Shown here one piece after another: positions 31,336 through 39,890 of a stretch of DNA of 64,000 bases. Made by a program: the position numbers and the translations under genes. The notes under the pieces are model-generated. The model had not been told where the DNA came from and did not search any database. It worked only from the letters and a program-made list of their open reading frames with translations. Within the stretch, counting starts at the first letter, position 1; every line of letters starts with the position of its first letter. The stretch covers positions 6,157 to 70,156 of the forward strand of contig USCC01000001.1 of NCBI GenBank assembly GCA_900553035.1, given 5' to 3'. Origin of the DNA: an uncultured Rhodospirillaceae bacterium. Its GTDB lineage: Bacteria; Pseudomonadota; Alphaproteobacteria; CAAGCB01; CAG-977.

Positions 31336-31830
31336 TTATTCATCATCAGCCGGAGCGAAAGCGTTGATCAGCTCGTCCGTCAGCACCAGTTTCGCTTTGG
31401 CGACATCTGAAAACGGGATTTTAACGTCCCGTCCTTCAAACGTCAAAACAATATCTTCGCCGTCGACGCCGGCCAGACGACCCGTAAAACGCTTGCGGCC
31501 GTCAATCAGGACGGCGGCTTCGACTTTTGCCTCGAATCCCTTGAACCGCTCAAAATCGGCCCGGCGAACCAGAGGCCGGTCAAGACCCGGAGAGCTGACT
31601 TCCAGCGAATAGTTCCCCTCGATCGGGTCATGTTCGTCCAGAACCGGGGAAATCGCCCGGCTCAGTTCGGCACAGTCGTCCACCGTCATCGGTGTTCCGT
31701 CTTTGTGCTCGGCCATAATCTGCAGGGTTTTGCGCTTTTCGCCGCCGCTGATCTGCAGGCGGACGACGTCAAAGCCCATTCCTTCAAACACCGGCCGGAT
31801 CAGTTCTTCCAGCTTTTCGTTCAGCGTCAC
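31336..31830 (-). CDS. rimP: ribosome maturation factor RimP
   Basis: 164 aa. LEVSSPGLDRPL. The GTG start is preceded by GGGAGGA. The gene lies directly upstream of nusA. Confidence 0.9.
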   Translation of the reverse strand: MTLNEKLEELIRPVFEGMGFDVVRLQISGGEKRKTLQIMAEHKDGTPMTVDDCAELSRAISPVLDEHDPIEGNYSLEVSSPGLDRPLVRRADFERFKGFEAKVEAAVLIDGRKRFTGRLAGVDGEDIVLTFEGRDVKIPFSDVAKAKLVLTDELINAFAPADDE

Positions 31831-31852
31831 GTTTTCCTCCCGTCTTCGGACA

Positions 31853-31880
31853 TAAAAAAAAGTGGGCTTTCAGGCCCACT
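31853..31880 (-). terminator. rho-independent terminator after the STAS gene
   Basis: Stem AGTGGGC / GCCCACT (31861-31880) with a 6-nt loop. A 7-nt A-run on the plus strand gives the U-run on the minus strand. Confidence 0.7.
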
Positions 31881-31956
31881 CTCATAATTCCATATCGGAC
31901 TATAAGAATGTATTCTTCTTCTCTTCTAGCAGAAGAAAAGGGGTGAATCAAGATTT

Positions 31957-32265
31957 TTATTCCTGAAAATGATACAGGCGGTCGAACTGTGCCGACAGGA
32001 GAAGAGCCTTTATTTCCGGAGGCGCGGCACGGATAACGCGGATGACGCTGCGCTTCGCCGCCTCTTCACAGGCGACGACCAGCATGCCCATGGCCGCGGA
32101 ATCAATAAAAGAACATTCCGCCAGGTTGAAAACGACCTGTGGTTCGGGCTGGCGGCGCACCTGAAGAAAAACGTCGAAGAATTTTTCCTCGTCCGCCGAG
32201 GTAAAATCACCGGACAGCACAAATTCGCGTTCTGTTGCCGTCGAACGAAGAACATACTGCATCAT
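31957..32265 (-). CDS. single-domain STAS protein (anti-sigma-factor-antagonist fold)
   Basis: 102 aa. VFNLAECSFIDSAAMGMLV fits the STAS core with a Ser in the DSxx position. The ATG forms an ATGA overlap with the trmB stop. Confidence 0.75.
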   Translation of the reverse strand: MMQYVLRSTATEREFVLSGDFTSADEEKFFDVFLQVRRQPEPQVVFNLAECSFIDSAAMGMLVVACEEAAKRSVIRVIRAAPPEIKALLLSAQFDRLYHFQE

Positions 32266-33005
32266 TTCCTCCTGAACGTCAGATAAACCGGTTTTTTCCC
32301 CTGCGCAACCGCCTTGAGTTCATAGCGCGTGTTCACCCAGTCCTCCGGCGGACAGCGCCAGTCATCGGCTTTTCGAGCCGTCCATTCAAAGTCCGGCGAT
32401 TCCATCAGATGTTCCAGAGACCAGCGGATATATCCCATATCGTCGCTGGCCACCCGGAGTTCGCCGCCCGGCCGCAGAAGGCGCGCCAGAACCGGCAGGT
32501 TCCTGGGGCCGATGAAACGGCGGTCACGATGTTTTTTCTTTGGCCAGGGATCCGGAAACAGGACGTAGATCCGGCCGAAGCCGCCGTCCGTGAAATGCGG
32601 GAACAGATCACGGACGTCTTCGTCATGGACAAGGACGTTGTCCGTCCGCCCCGGCGCCAGACCGACCGTTTCGGGGTCAATATCCCCCCGGCTCTGCGTC
32701 CCGGTCAGGTGAGTCAGAAGGCTTGTCACGCCGTTGATGAACACTTCCGCGCCGATAAAACCGACGTCAGGGCGGCGACGGGACTGTTCCGCCAGATGTT
32801 CGCCGCCGCCAAAGCCGACTTCCAGCCAGACATCGCGGACGGGGACGGAAAAAAGCGTCCGCGGATCAACGGTTTCATCGGCGTCAAAATGACGCAGCCG
32901 AACCCGCGGCAGAAAAGAATCCAACAAAACGACCCGGGAAGGCTTCAGCTTTTTGCCTTTCCGACGGCCGTAAAAACGGTTTTCCCTGAATCCTTTCGCT
33001 TCCAT
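32262..33005 (-). CDS. trmB: tRNA (guanine46-N7)-methyltransferase
   Basis: 247 aa. LEVGFGGGEHL, FPDPWPKKKHRDRR and LRPGGELRVASD. Confidence 0.93.
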   Translation of the reverse strand: MEAKGFRENRFYGRRKGKKLKPSRVVLLDSFLPRVRLRHFDADETVDPRTLFSVPVRDVWLEVGFGGGEHLAEQSRRRPDVGFIGAEVFINGVTSLLTHLTGTQSRGDIDPETVGLAPGRTDNVLVHDEDVRDLFPHFTDGGFGRIYVLFPDPWPKKKHRDRRFIGPRNLPVLARLLRPGGELRVASDDMGYIRWSLEHLMESPDFEWTARKADDWRCPPEDWVNTRYELKAVAQGKKPVYLTFRRK

Positions 33006-33020
33006 CCCCTTCTCCCTTCC

Positions 33021-34190
33021 TTAAAAGGCCGATTTCAGCGTTTCCGCCAAATCCGTTCTTTCCCAGGGGAACGCCCCGTCAACGCCGGGTGTCCGGCCGA
33101 AATGGCCGTATGCCGCCGACGGCAGATAAATCGGGCGGTTCAGCTCCAGATGCGTCCGGATGCCCCGGGGGCTTAAATCCATGACCTCGGGAAGCAGAGC
33201 CTCCAGACGGTCTTCATCAACGTGAGCCGTCCCGAATGTATTCAGGTAAATGGCCAGCGGCTTTGCGACACCGATGGCATACGCCACCTGGATCATGGCT
33301 CGGTCGGCCAGACCGGCCGCAACGATATTTTTGGCCAGGTAACGCGTCGCATACGCCGCCGAACGGTCAACCTTCGTCGGGTCTTTTCCCGAAAACGCGC
33401 CGCCGCCGTGAGGAATGGCCCCGCCGTATGTATCAACGATGATTTTCCGTCCCGTCAGACCGGTATCGCCGTCCGGACCGCCGATGACGAAGCGTCCCGT
33501 GGGATTGACATAGAATCTGCTTTCGGGCACCTCCCATCCGTCCGGCAGAACGCGGCGGACAACACCGCGCACGGTTTCGCGGATTTCGTCATAGGAAACG
33601 TCATCGGCGTGCTGCGTTGATACCACGACCGTGTCGACGTCAACGGGAATACCGTTTTCATAGCGCAGAGTCACCTGGCTTTTGGCATCGGGGCGTAGCC
33701 ATGCGACTTCCCCTGAATGACGCATTTTTGACAATTCATGCAGGATGCGGTGCGACAGCGCGATCGGCGCGGGCATCAGTTCGTGTCCCGGCAGTTCGTT
33801 CGAGGCGTAGCCAAAAATGATTCCCTGATCGCCGGCGCCTTCCTCTTTGTTTTCCGAAGCGTCAACGCCCATGGCGATATCGGCGGACTGTTCATGCATA
33901 TGGTTTTCGACCTGTACGGTACGCCAGTCAAAACCCGGCTGGTCGTAGCCGATTTTACGAATGCAGTCGCGGATGGTCTTTTCCATTTCCTCTTTTCCGA
34001 CGGCGGCGGGCAGGCGGGCTTCGCCGCACAGGATGACGCGATCTGTTGTCGCCATGGTTTCAACGGCGGCGCGGGCGTACGGGTCATGAGAAAGGAAAAG
34101 ATCAAGAAGGGCGTCTGAAATGCTGTCGCAGACTTTGTCGGGATGCCCTTCGGAAACGGACTCGCTGGTGAACAGAAAACTTTTTCTCAT
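33021..34190 (-). CDS. metK: S-adenosylmethionine synthetase
   Basis: 389 aa. [28 protein letters not shown] and [16 protein letters not shown]. Confidence 0.97.
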   Translation of the reverse strand: MRKSFLFTSESVSEGHPDKVCDSISDALLDLFLSHDPYARAAVETMATTDRVILCGEARLPAAVGKEEMEKTIRDCIRKIGYDQPGFDWRTVQVENHMHEQSADIAMGVDASENKEEGAGDQGIIFGYASNELPGHELMPAPIALSHRILHELSKMRHSGEVAWLRPDAKSQVTLRYENGIPVDVDTVVVSTQHADDVSYDEIRETVRGVVRRVLPDGWEVPESRFYVNPTGRFVIGGPDGDTGLTGRKIIVDTYGGAIPHGGGAFSGKDPTKVDRSAAYATRYLAKNIVAAGLADRAMIQVAYAIGVAKPLAIYLNTFGTAHVDEDRLEALLPEVMDLSPRGIRTHLELNRPIYLPSAAYGHFGRTPGVDGAFPWERTDLAETLKSAF

Positions 34191-34234
34191 ACAATGTGCT
34201 CCTCATATCCAAAGTGAAAAGTTTTCCGAGACGG

Positions 34235-34271
34235 AAAACGCCTCCCATATATAAAACACGGGAGGCGTTTT
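34235..34271 (-). terminator. rho-independent terminator between the HTH gene and metK
   Basis: A 12-bp stem AAAACGCCTCCC / GGGAGGCGTTTT with a 13-nt AT-rich loop. It is symmetric, so it could act in both directions. Confidence 0.7.
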
Positions 34272-34288
34272 GAAAACAATTTTAAATC

Positions 34289-34795
34289 TTATTCGCCGGC
34301 TTCTTCTTCCGCGTCGTCAGCACCGGTTTCGACGTCGTTCGATTTCGCCAGAGATTTGACCAGTTCGAACACCTTGCGAGCCACGTTGCGGTCCTGAATG
34401 CGGTAGTAGGCGCGGACAAGCTCCAGCGTTTCACGTTTGCTCATGGGATCGTAGTTGAAGCTTGCGGGTTCTTCGGCCAGGCCGACGGCGCCGGCCAGCA
34501 TGCGCGGGCTGCGTTCGGCAACCTGTTCGTCCATTTCCTCGAAAAAGAAACCGATCGAAACTTCAAGCACCTTGCTGATATCGTACAGGCGGCTGGCGCC
34601 GATACGGTTCAGTCCGCGTTCATATTTCTGAACCTGCTGGAACGTCAAACCGATAGCTTCGCCAAGTTTTTCCTGGCTCATTCCGAGCAGGGTACGGCGG
34701 AGTTTGACGCGGGATCCGACATGGACGTCAATCGGATTGGGAGAGCCGTCTTCCGTACGGCCGCGAGACGATCTTCTGATGACTGTATCTGACAT
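34289..34795 (-). CDS. XRE-family helix-turn-helix transcriptional regulator
   Basis: 168 aa. HVGSRVKLRRTLLGMSQEKLGEAIGLTFQQVQKYERGLNRI (HTH_3) plus an acidic C-terminal tail. Confidence 0.85.
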   Translation of the reverse strand: MSDTVIRRSSRGRTEDGSPNPIDVHVGSRVKLRRTLLGMSQEKLGEAIGLTFQQVQKYERGLNRIGASRLYDISKVLEVSIGFFFEEMDEQVAERSPRMLAGAVGLAEEPASFNYDPMSKRETLELVRAYYRIQDRNVARKVFELVKSLAKSNDVETGADDAEEEAGE

Positions 34796-35074
34796 GTGAG
34801 CCTCTCTGTAAAGTGTTTTAATTATTACGCTTCATTTAGCGCGATAAGTGCATCCTATCGTATGTAACGACGTCTAATCAAGCTTTTTATGGGACTTCTT
34901 AAAGAAGAATCGTCTTTTTTAAAGCTCTTTTCCGTTAAACCATCTATTTATGATAGAAACACTTTTAGACATCAAAATCAATAGAAATCGATAACACTAG
35001 ACTAATTTATAGTTATCAAGGAAATTTAAAACTTTTTGCTTCCTGTTTTAAAAGCGCCAAGCTATTTTTTAAAA

Positions 35075-37483
35075 ATGACCATGTACGAGAGTTTTCTTTC
35101 CAATCTGTTTCTGTCGGCTTTTTTCTATCCGAAAACGCTGACGGCGGTCTGTGTCGGTATTCTGGCCCTCCTGAGCTTTGCGCTGTACCGGCTTGGAACG
35201 ATGAAGCGGGATCTGCAGAAACTCTCGCGGCTTCTGGCGGTTTACCGTGAAACGGCGGACGGGCTTCCGGACGGTTATTTCCTGTGGATTTACGATTCTG
35301 TGGGTTTCATCGCCCATACGCGTTGCTCGCGCCGGCTGGCGGTCATGCTGAACCTGTTCGCCGGGACGGAAACGTCGTTTGACGCGCTTCTGGAGCGTTT
35401 TTCGCCGGCCTGTGCCGAAACGCTGGCCGAAGCGGTCCGCGACATGCGGCGGGAAGACCGGCCCTTTTCCATGGAAGTCCGGAATGCCGACGGAACAAAA
35501 CATTTCGCGGTGGCGGGCTTCCGTTCACTCGGCCCCGGCAACGCCCCTCTGGCCGACATTCTGTGGATCCGCGACACGACCGAAGACGACCGCCGTCTGT
35601 CATCGCTGACCGCCGAAGCCGAAGAGATGAAAAAGCAGAATACATTTCTGGAACAGGCACTGGATTCTTTCCCGTTTCCGATCTGGATGCGCAACGAAGA
35701 CCTTCAGCTCTTTTCCTGTAACCCCGCCTACGCCCGCGCTGTCCACGCCCCTTCCAAAGAGCAGGCCATCCTGTCGGGAACGGAGCTTGTGTATGAAAAA
35801 TCGCCACGCGAGGCCCGCGTTCTGGCCGCCGCCGCCCGTGCCGCGGGCAAAGAGCATAACGCCCGGGAATTCGTTGTTATGAACGGACGCCGGCGCCGCA
35901 TTGAAGTCTCCGAAATTCCCCTGCCGGCGTCGGGAGAATCCTTCCGCAGCAAAACGCTGGGCTTTGTCCGCGACATCACACGCGAAGAAGATCTCCGTCA
36001 AAGTCTGGAAGACCACATCCGTTCGCACAACGGCGTTCTGGAGCATCTGAAAACCGCCGTGGCCGTGTTTGACATGGAAACACGGCTCCAGTTTTACAAC
36101 ACATCCTTCCTGAATCTCTGGGATCTGGAAGAGGAATGGCTTGACGGCTCTCCGACGTACGCCCATTTTCTGGACATTCTCCGGGAAAAGCGGCGGCTGC
36201 CCGAAAACCGGGATTTCAGCGCCTATAAAGCCAGAGAAATTCAGTATTTTTCCACCCTGGTCTCGGCGCAGGAGGACATTATGCACCTGCCTTCGGGCGT
36301 GACGTTGCGCCGCATGCTGATTCCCCATCCGCTGGGCGGCCTGCTGATAACCTACGAAGACGTCACGGGCCACCTGACCATGGAGCGTTCCATGACGGTT
36401 CTGAACGAAACGCAGTGCATGCTGATCAACCAGATGCGCGAGGCCATTCTGGTGTTCGGAAGCGACGGACGTCTGCGGCTGGCGAATGCCGCGTACCGGA
36501 CGCTGTGGCAGTTTGATCCCGGGGAATTCAGGAAAAGCGCTCCCAGCATTCCGGAAGTCCTGGAAAAACAGCGCTCCTTCTTTGAAGCCGAAAAGAATTG
36601 GGAATCCCTGAAGGAACAGCTTTTGGGCGTTCTGACCGCACATACGGGTGAAATTTTCCAGATCATGCGTTCCGACGGCCGCGTTTTGGAATTCATGTCG
36701 CTCGGGCTTCCGGACGGCGGGATTTTTGCTTCGTTCTTTGACGTTACGGAAGAGGAGAAAAGCTCGCTTCTGCTGAAGGAAAAGGAAAACCTCTTTTCAC
36801 ATTACCGCCAGACGGCCGTCCAGACGGATCGGCTACGCTCCCTGTTTCTGGAACAGCTCGGCAACGAAATGGCTCCGCCGCTACGGATTCTGGGCGAAGC
36901 GTCCGCCGCTCTTCTCGGGCCGAAGGGCAAAGGGCTCACAAAACAGCAGAAAACACTTCTCCAGTCCGTCTCCGAATCCTCCGAGGATATCCGGAGTCTG
37001 CTTTCGGATATGACGGATCTGGCACAGATTGAATCCGGGACGAGCATACTGGAGCTTGATTCCGTCGATGTCCCGGCGCTTTTGAACGCCGCCGTCCGTG
37101 CTGTCCGCGAAAGGGCGAAGGCCAAAGGGATCACTGTCGCGTTAAAGGTCGAAGACGGCCTTCCCGCTCTGATCGCCGACAAGAAACGTCTGAAACAGGT
37201 TCTGTATTACCTCCTGAACAATGCCGTCGCTTCTTCGTTTAAAAACGGAACGGTCGGGCTGACGGCTGAAGCGGTCGAAGAAGACAGCGGCCGCCGCCTC
37301 AGGATAAGCGTTTCCGAAACGTCCCTGAACCTGAACGGAGAAACGGAAACCGTCAATTTCGCGGCACAGGACGGATTCGCGTCCTCTCTGATTTCCGCCC
37401 TGATCGAGATGCACGGGGGAGAACTGCAGATTTCGGACAAAAACGGTACGAAAGAAACGCAAATTCTGTTGCCCTGTCGCTAG
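35075..37483 (+). CDS. multi-PAS membrane sensor-kinase homologue lacking the phospho-acceptor His (DivL-like pseudokinase)
   Basis: 802 aa from the ATG at 35075 (the ORF opens at a TTG at 35036). N-terminal TM segments and several PAS-like repeats. The dimerisation/H-box reads FLEQLGNEMAPPLRIL. The N-box LLNNAV is present, but G1/G2 are not recognisable. Confidence 0.7.
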   Translation: MTMYESFLSNLFLSAFFYPKTLTAVCVGILALLSFALYRLGTMKRDLQKLSRLLAVYRETADGLPDGYFLWIYDSVGFIAHTRCSRRLAVMLNLFAGTETSFDALLERFSPACAETLAEAVRDMRREDRPFSMEVRNADGTKHFAVAGFRSLGPGNAPLADILWIRDTTEDDRRLSSLTAEAEEMKKQNTFLEQALDSFPFPIWMRNEDLQLFSCNPAYARAVHAPSKEQAILSGTELVYEKSPREARVLAAAARAAGKEHNAREFVVMNGRRRRIEVSEIPLPASGESFRSKTLGFVRDITREEDLRQSLEDHIRSHNGVLEHLKTAVAVFDMETRLQFYNTSFLNLWDLEEEWLDGSPTYAHFLDILREKRRLPENRDFSAYKAREIQYFSTLVSAQEDIMHLPSGVTLRRMLIPHPLGGLLITYEDVTGHLTMERSMTVLNETQCMLINQMREAILVFGSDGRLRLANAAYRTLWQFDPGEFRKSAPSIPEVLEKQRSFFEAEKNWESLKEQLLGVLTAHTGEIFQIMRSDGRVLEFMSLGLPDGGIFASFFDVTEEEKSSLLLKEKENLFSHYRQTAVQTDRLRSLFLEQLGNEMAPPLRILGEASAALLGPKGKGLTKQQKTLLQSVSESSEDIRSLLSDMTDLAQIESGTSILELDSVDVPALLNAAVRAVRERAKAKGITVALKVEDGLPALIADKKRLKQVLYYLLNNAVASSFKNGTVGLTAEAVEEDSGRRLRISVSETSLNLNGETETVNFAAQDGFASSLISALIEMHGGELQISDKNGTKETQILLPCR

Positions 37484-37615
37484 GTCTTCCCGTCTTCATC
37501 TCTGTTTTTTGTCGATTTTTTGCGAAAAAACTTTTTTTATTCTTTCATTTTATATATACTGTAAATGTGATAGAAAGAAAGTCACTGTTTTACAGGATTA
37601 AGAAGGTCGAAAAAA

Positions 37616-38371
37616 ATGGAAAACAATCAAAGAAAACGTCCGCGTCTGGGCCTGACGCCCAACGAAATGGGGTGGTCACAGCGTCAGCCGAACCCGGCCG
37701 CCGCGCGAAAGGCGGACCAGGACGGTGCTTTCGACAACACAGTGCAGAGCGACAAGGTCCTTTACCGGGATCGTACGGCAGCGCGCCAGGCGGAAGCAAA
37801 GGCGCATGAGGAAAAAATGAGCCGTACAGAACCCACGGCGGAAGAAGGGCGCAAGATCCGCATCATGCGCCGTGAACGGCTGGACGTCGAACGCCAGATT
37901 CGTGAAGGACTGGACGTCCGCAACAATATCCTGCGCCAGGAACACCGTCTGGGAATCGACGGGGCTCTGTCCTATGAAGAACTGCGCCGCGCGGAACGTT
38001 CACCGACTCTGGTCGGACGCCGTAATCCGCTGAAGGCGAAAAAATCCAAATTCAAAGGCCTGGGTAAGACAACACGCAAACGGAAAAACCGTGAAAAACT
38101 GTTGCCCTCGGAACGGCGGCGGAGGCTTTCCCGCACGAAAATCGAGCGGAACCGGAAGCTGTACCGCGACCGGATCGCGTCCAAAGATCTGAGCATCACA
38201 GGGCCGGACGGCAAAAAAATTAATATTGAACGCTTGCGCAAGTTGCGGGGAATCAGTAAAAATAAGCCCGTTACCCAGCGCGACGTCAATTCCGCCCGGC
38301 GGACAATGAAAGCCGAACGCGTCAGAAACGCGGGTCTGCAGATTCGCCGCAGAGACCAGAATACGCGGTAA
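37616..38371 (+). CDS. orphan highly basic (Arg/Lys-rich) hypothetical protein
   Basis: 251 aa with 48 Arg and 24 Lys by my count. Codon choice resembles neighbouring genes (CTG, CGC, GAA, AAA). It has its own AT-rich upstream region and its own terminator. I recognise no family. Confidence 0.6.
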   Translation: MENNQRKRPRLGLTPNEMGWSQRQPNPAAARKADQDGAFDNTVQSDKVLYRDRTAARQAEAKAHEEKMSRTEPTAEEGRKIRIMRRERLDVERQIREGLDVRNNILRQEHRLGIDGALSYEELRRAERSPTLVGRRNPLKAKKSKFKGLGKTTRKRKNREKLLPSERRRRLSRTKIERNRKLYRDRIASKDLSITGPDGKKINIERLRKLRGISKNKPVTQRDVNSARRTMKAERVRNAGLQIRRRDQNTR

Positions 38372-38398
38372 TATGCGCTTGACGCCCTGAATAAGACG

Positions 38399-38436
38399 GA
38401 CAACGGGTAAAATCTTTTTATCCGTTGTCTTTTGTT
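38399..38436 (+). terminator. rho-independent terminator after the basic-protein gene
   Basis: Stem GACAACGG / CCGTTGTC (38399-38429) followed by TTTTGTTT. Confidence 0.6.
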
Positions 38437-38453
38437 TAACAAGGAAAAGAAAC

Positions 38454-39398
38454 ATGACATTCCTCCTTCGTATCGTTCTCCTTTTCACGGGTTTGGTCGG
38501 TTCCTACATCGGCAGCCTCAGTTTTAAAGAAAACAGCGGAGTCGACATTGCCATCGGCGCTCTCGGACTTCTGGTGGCCATCATCTGTTTCTTTTTCCTC
38601 GCAAAAGGTCTGTGGCGAATTCTGGGTTGCCTGACGACTTTTATCATTGTCGCGCTGATTGTCGGCGCCATCTTTTATTTCCTGGCCGGCTCTGACCTTG
38701 TGAGCGGCCTTATGGGTAAAACGCCTGCCGCGCCGGCCGCCGAACAATCGTACGCGCCTCAGCCGCAGGCCGCTCCGGCCACACAGGGCGGCACGCAGGA
38801 AATGGTGGAAATGATCACTCCGATGCTTCAGGCCATGGGCGGCGCACAGCCGGCCGCACCGCAGGCACAGCCCGTACCCCAACCGCAGCAGCGGCCCGTC
38901 ATCGCCGGACGCGTCGAATCCATTGCCAGCGGTGACCAGTTCCGCATCGGCAGTCAGTGGATCCGTCTGTTCGGAATTGATGCGCCGGAAATCCAGCAGA
39001 CCTGCACGGATCAGCACGGCCGCGCCTACAACTGCGGTTATACTGTTGCACGCAAATTAAAAGAGCTTCTCGGAAATGACGAAGTAACCTGCAGTGTTGT
39101 GGCCATGAATGGCCAGGGCAACGTCGTGGCCACCTGTTCAATCGGCGAATTCGATCTGGGGGCCGCCATGGTCGAATCCGGATGGGCCGTCGCCCTGCGT
39201 AACGTAACGCCGGTTTATATCCCCTATGAGGACAACGCCCGCCAGAAACAGCTCGGCCTGTGGGCAGGCAAATTCTACATGCCGTGGGAATGGATCGCCC
39301 AGCAACAGCAGCTTCAGGCGGAAAAAAGCACGGTCAAAGTGCCCAAGATCAAAAATCCGAACACCCCGAAAAAATCCAGCATTTTCGACCATTTCTAA
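38454..39398 (+). CDS. membrane-anchored thermonuclease (SNase-like) family protein
   Basis: 314 aa. Three N-terminal TM helices, a Pro/Gln/Ala-rich linker, then an SNase core: GDQFRIGSQWIRLFGIDAPE...C...GYTVARKLKELL...GAAMVESGWAV...A..K.LGLWAG. Confidence 0.8.
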   Translation: MTFLLRIVLLFTGLVGSYIGSLSFKENSGVDIAIGALGLLVAIICFFFLAKGLWRILGCLTTFIIVALIVGAIFYFLAGSDLVSGLMGKTPAAPAAEQSYAPQPQAAPATQGGTQEMVEMITPMLQAMGGAQPAAPQAQPVPQPQQRPVIAGRVESIASGDQFRIGSQWIRLFGIDAPEIQQTCTDQHGRAYNCGYTVARKLKELLGNDEVTCSVVAMNGQGNVVATCSIGEFDLGAAMVESGWAVALRNVTPVYIPYEDNARQKQLGLWAGKFYMPWEWIAQQQQLQAEKSTVKVPKIKNPNTPKKSSIFDHF

Positions 39399-39401
39399 CC
39401 C

Positions 39402-39890
39402 ATGTATGCGTTCTGTGTTCAAAACCGGGCCGCGCTGGAAAAAGCGGCGGCCGATCTGGCGAAACTCTGTCGGCCAAAAGATGTCATCGCCCTGTTCGGC
39501 GATCTCGGCATGGGGAAAACCGTTTTCGCCCGGGCTTTCATCCGCTCTTTCGGACGCCCTGAGGAAGAAGTGCCCAGCCCGACTTTCACACTGGTTCAAA
39601 CCTATGACGTCCGCACCGGAAACGGCGGAGAAACAGCCGTCTGGCATTTTGATCTTTACCGTCTGAAACACCCCGATGAAATTTACGAAACCGGATTTGA
39701 AGAAGCGCTTTCAGACGGCATTTCCCTTATCGAATGGCCGGAACGAGCCGGAAACAGACTGCCGGGGAACAGATTGGAAATCCATTTAAGCGCCGGGGCT
39801 TCGCCCGACGAACGCCGGGTAGAGATTATTCCGCTCGGAAAAACGTGGAAAAACAGGACAGATTGGGAAACGTATGCCGGAACGCATTGA
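39402..39890 (+). CDS. tsaE: tRNA t6A37 biosynthesis ATPase TsaE
   Basis: 162 aa. LFGDLGMGKTVFARAF, SPTFTLVQTY and HFDLYRL. Confidence 0.92.
   Translation: MYAFCVQNRAALEKAAADLAKLCRPKDVIALFGDLGMGKTVFARAFIRSFGRPEEEVPSPTFTLVQTYDVRTGNGGETAVWHFDLYRLKHPDEIYETGFEEALSDGISLIEWPERAGNRLPGNRLEIHLSAGASPDERRVEIIPLGKTWKNRTDWETYAGTH

Noticed and set aside
34191-34288. A SAM riboswitch upstream of metK.
   Set aside because: The 98-nt spacer is almost fully accounted for by a 12-bp terminator hairpin for the upstream HTH gene and a short leader. I see no SAM-II/SAM-V-like pseudoknot motif.
37972-38488. Two overlapping 162-aa minus-strand ORFs opposite the basic-protein gene, raising doubt about which strand codes.
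   Set aside because: The plus-strand frame has host-like codon choice, an upstream AAGAAGG ribosome-binding site and a downstream terminator. The minus-strand ORFs cross the terminator and the nuclease start and have no start context. The plus-strand gene remains only moderately confident.
38680-38900. A Pro/Gln/Ala-rich, repeat-like stretch inside the nuclease gene.
   Set aside because: It is a flexible linker between the TM anchor and the SNase domain (PAAPAAEQSYAPQPQAAPATQ...AAPQAQPVPQPQQ), not a DNA repeat element.
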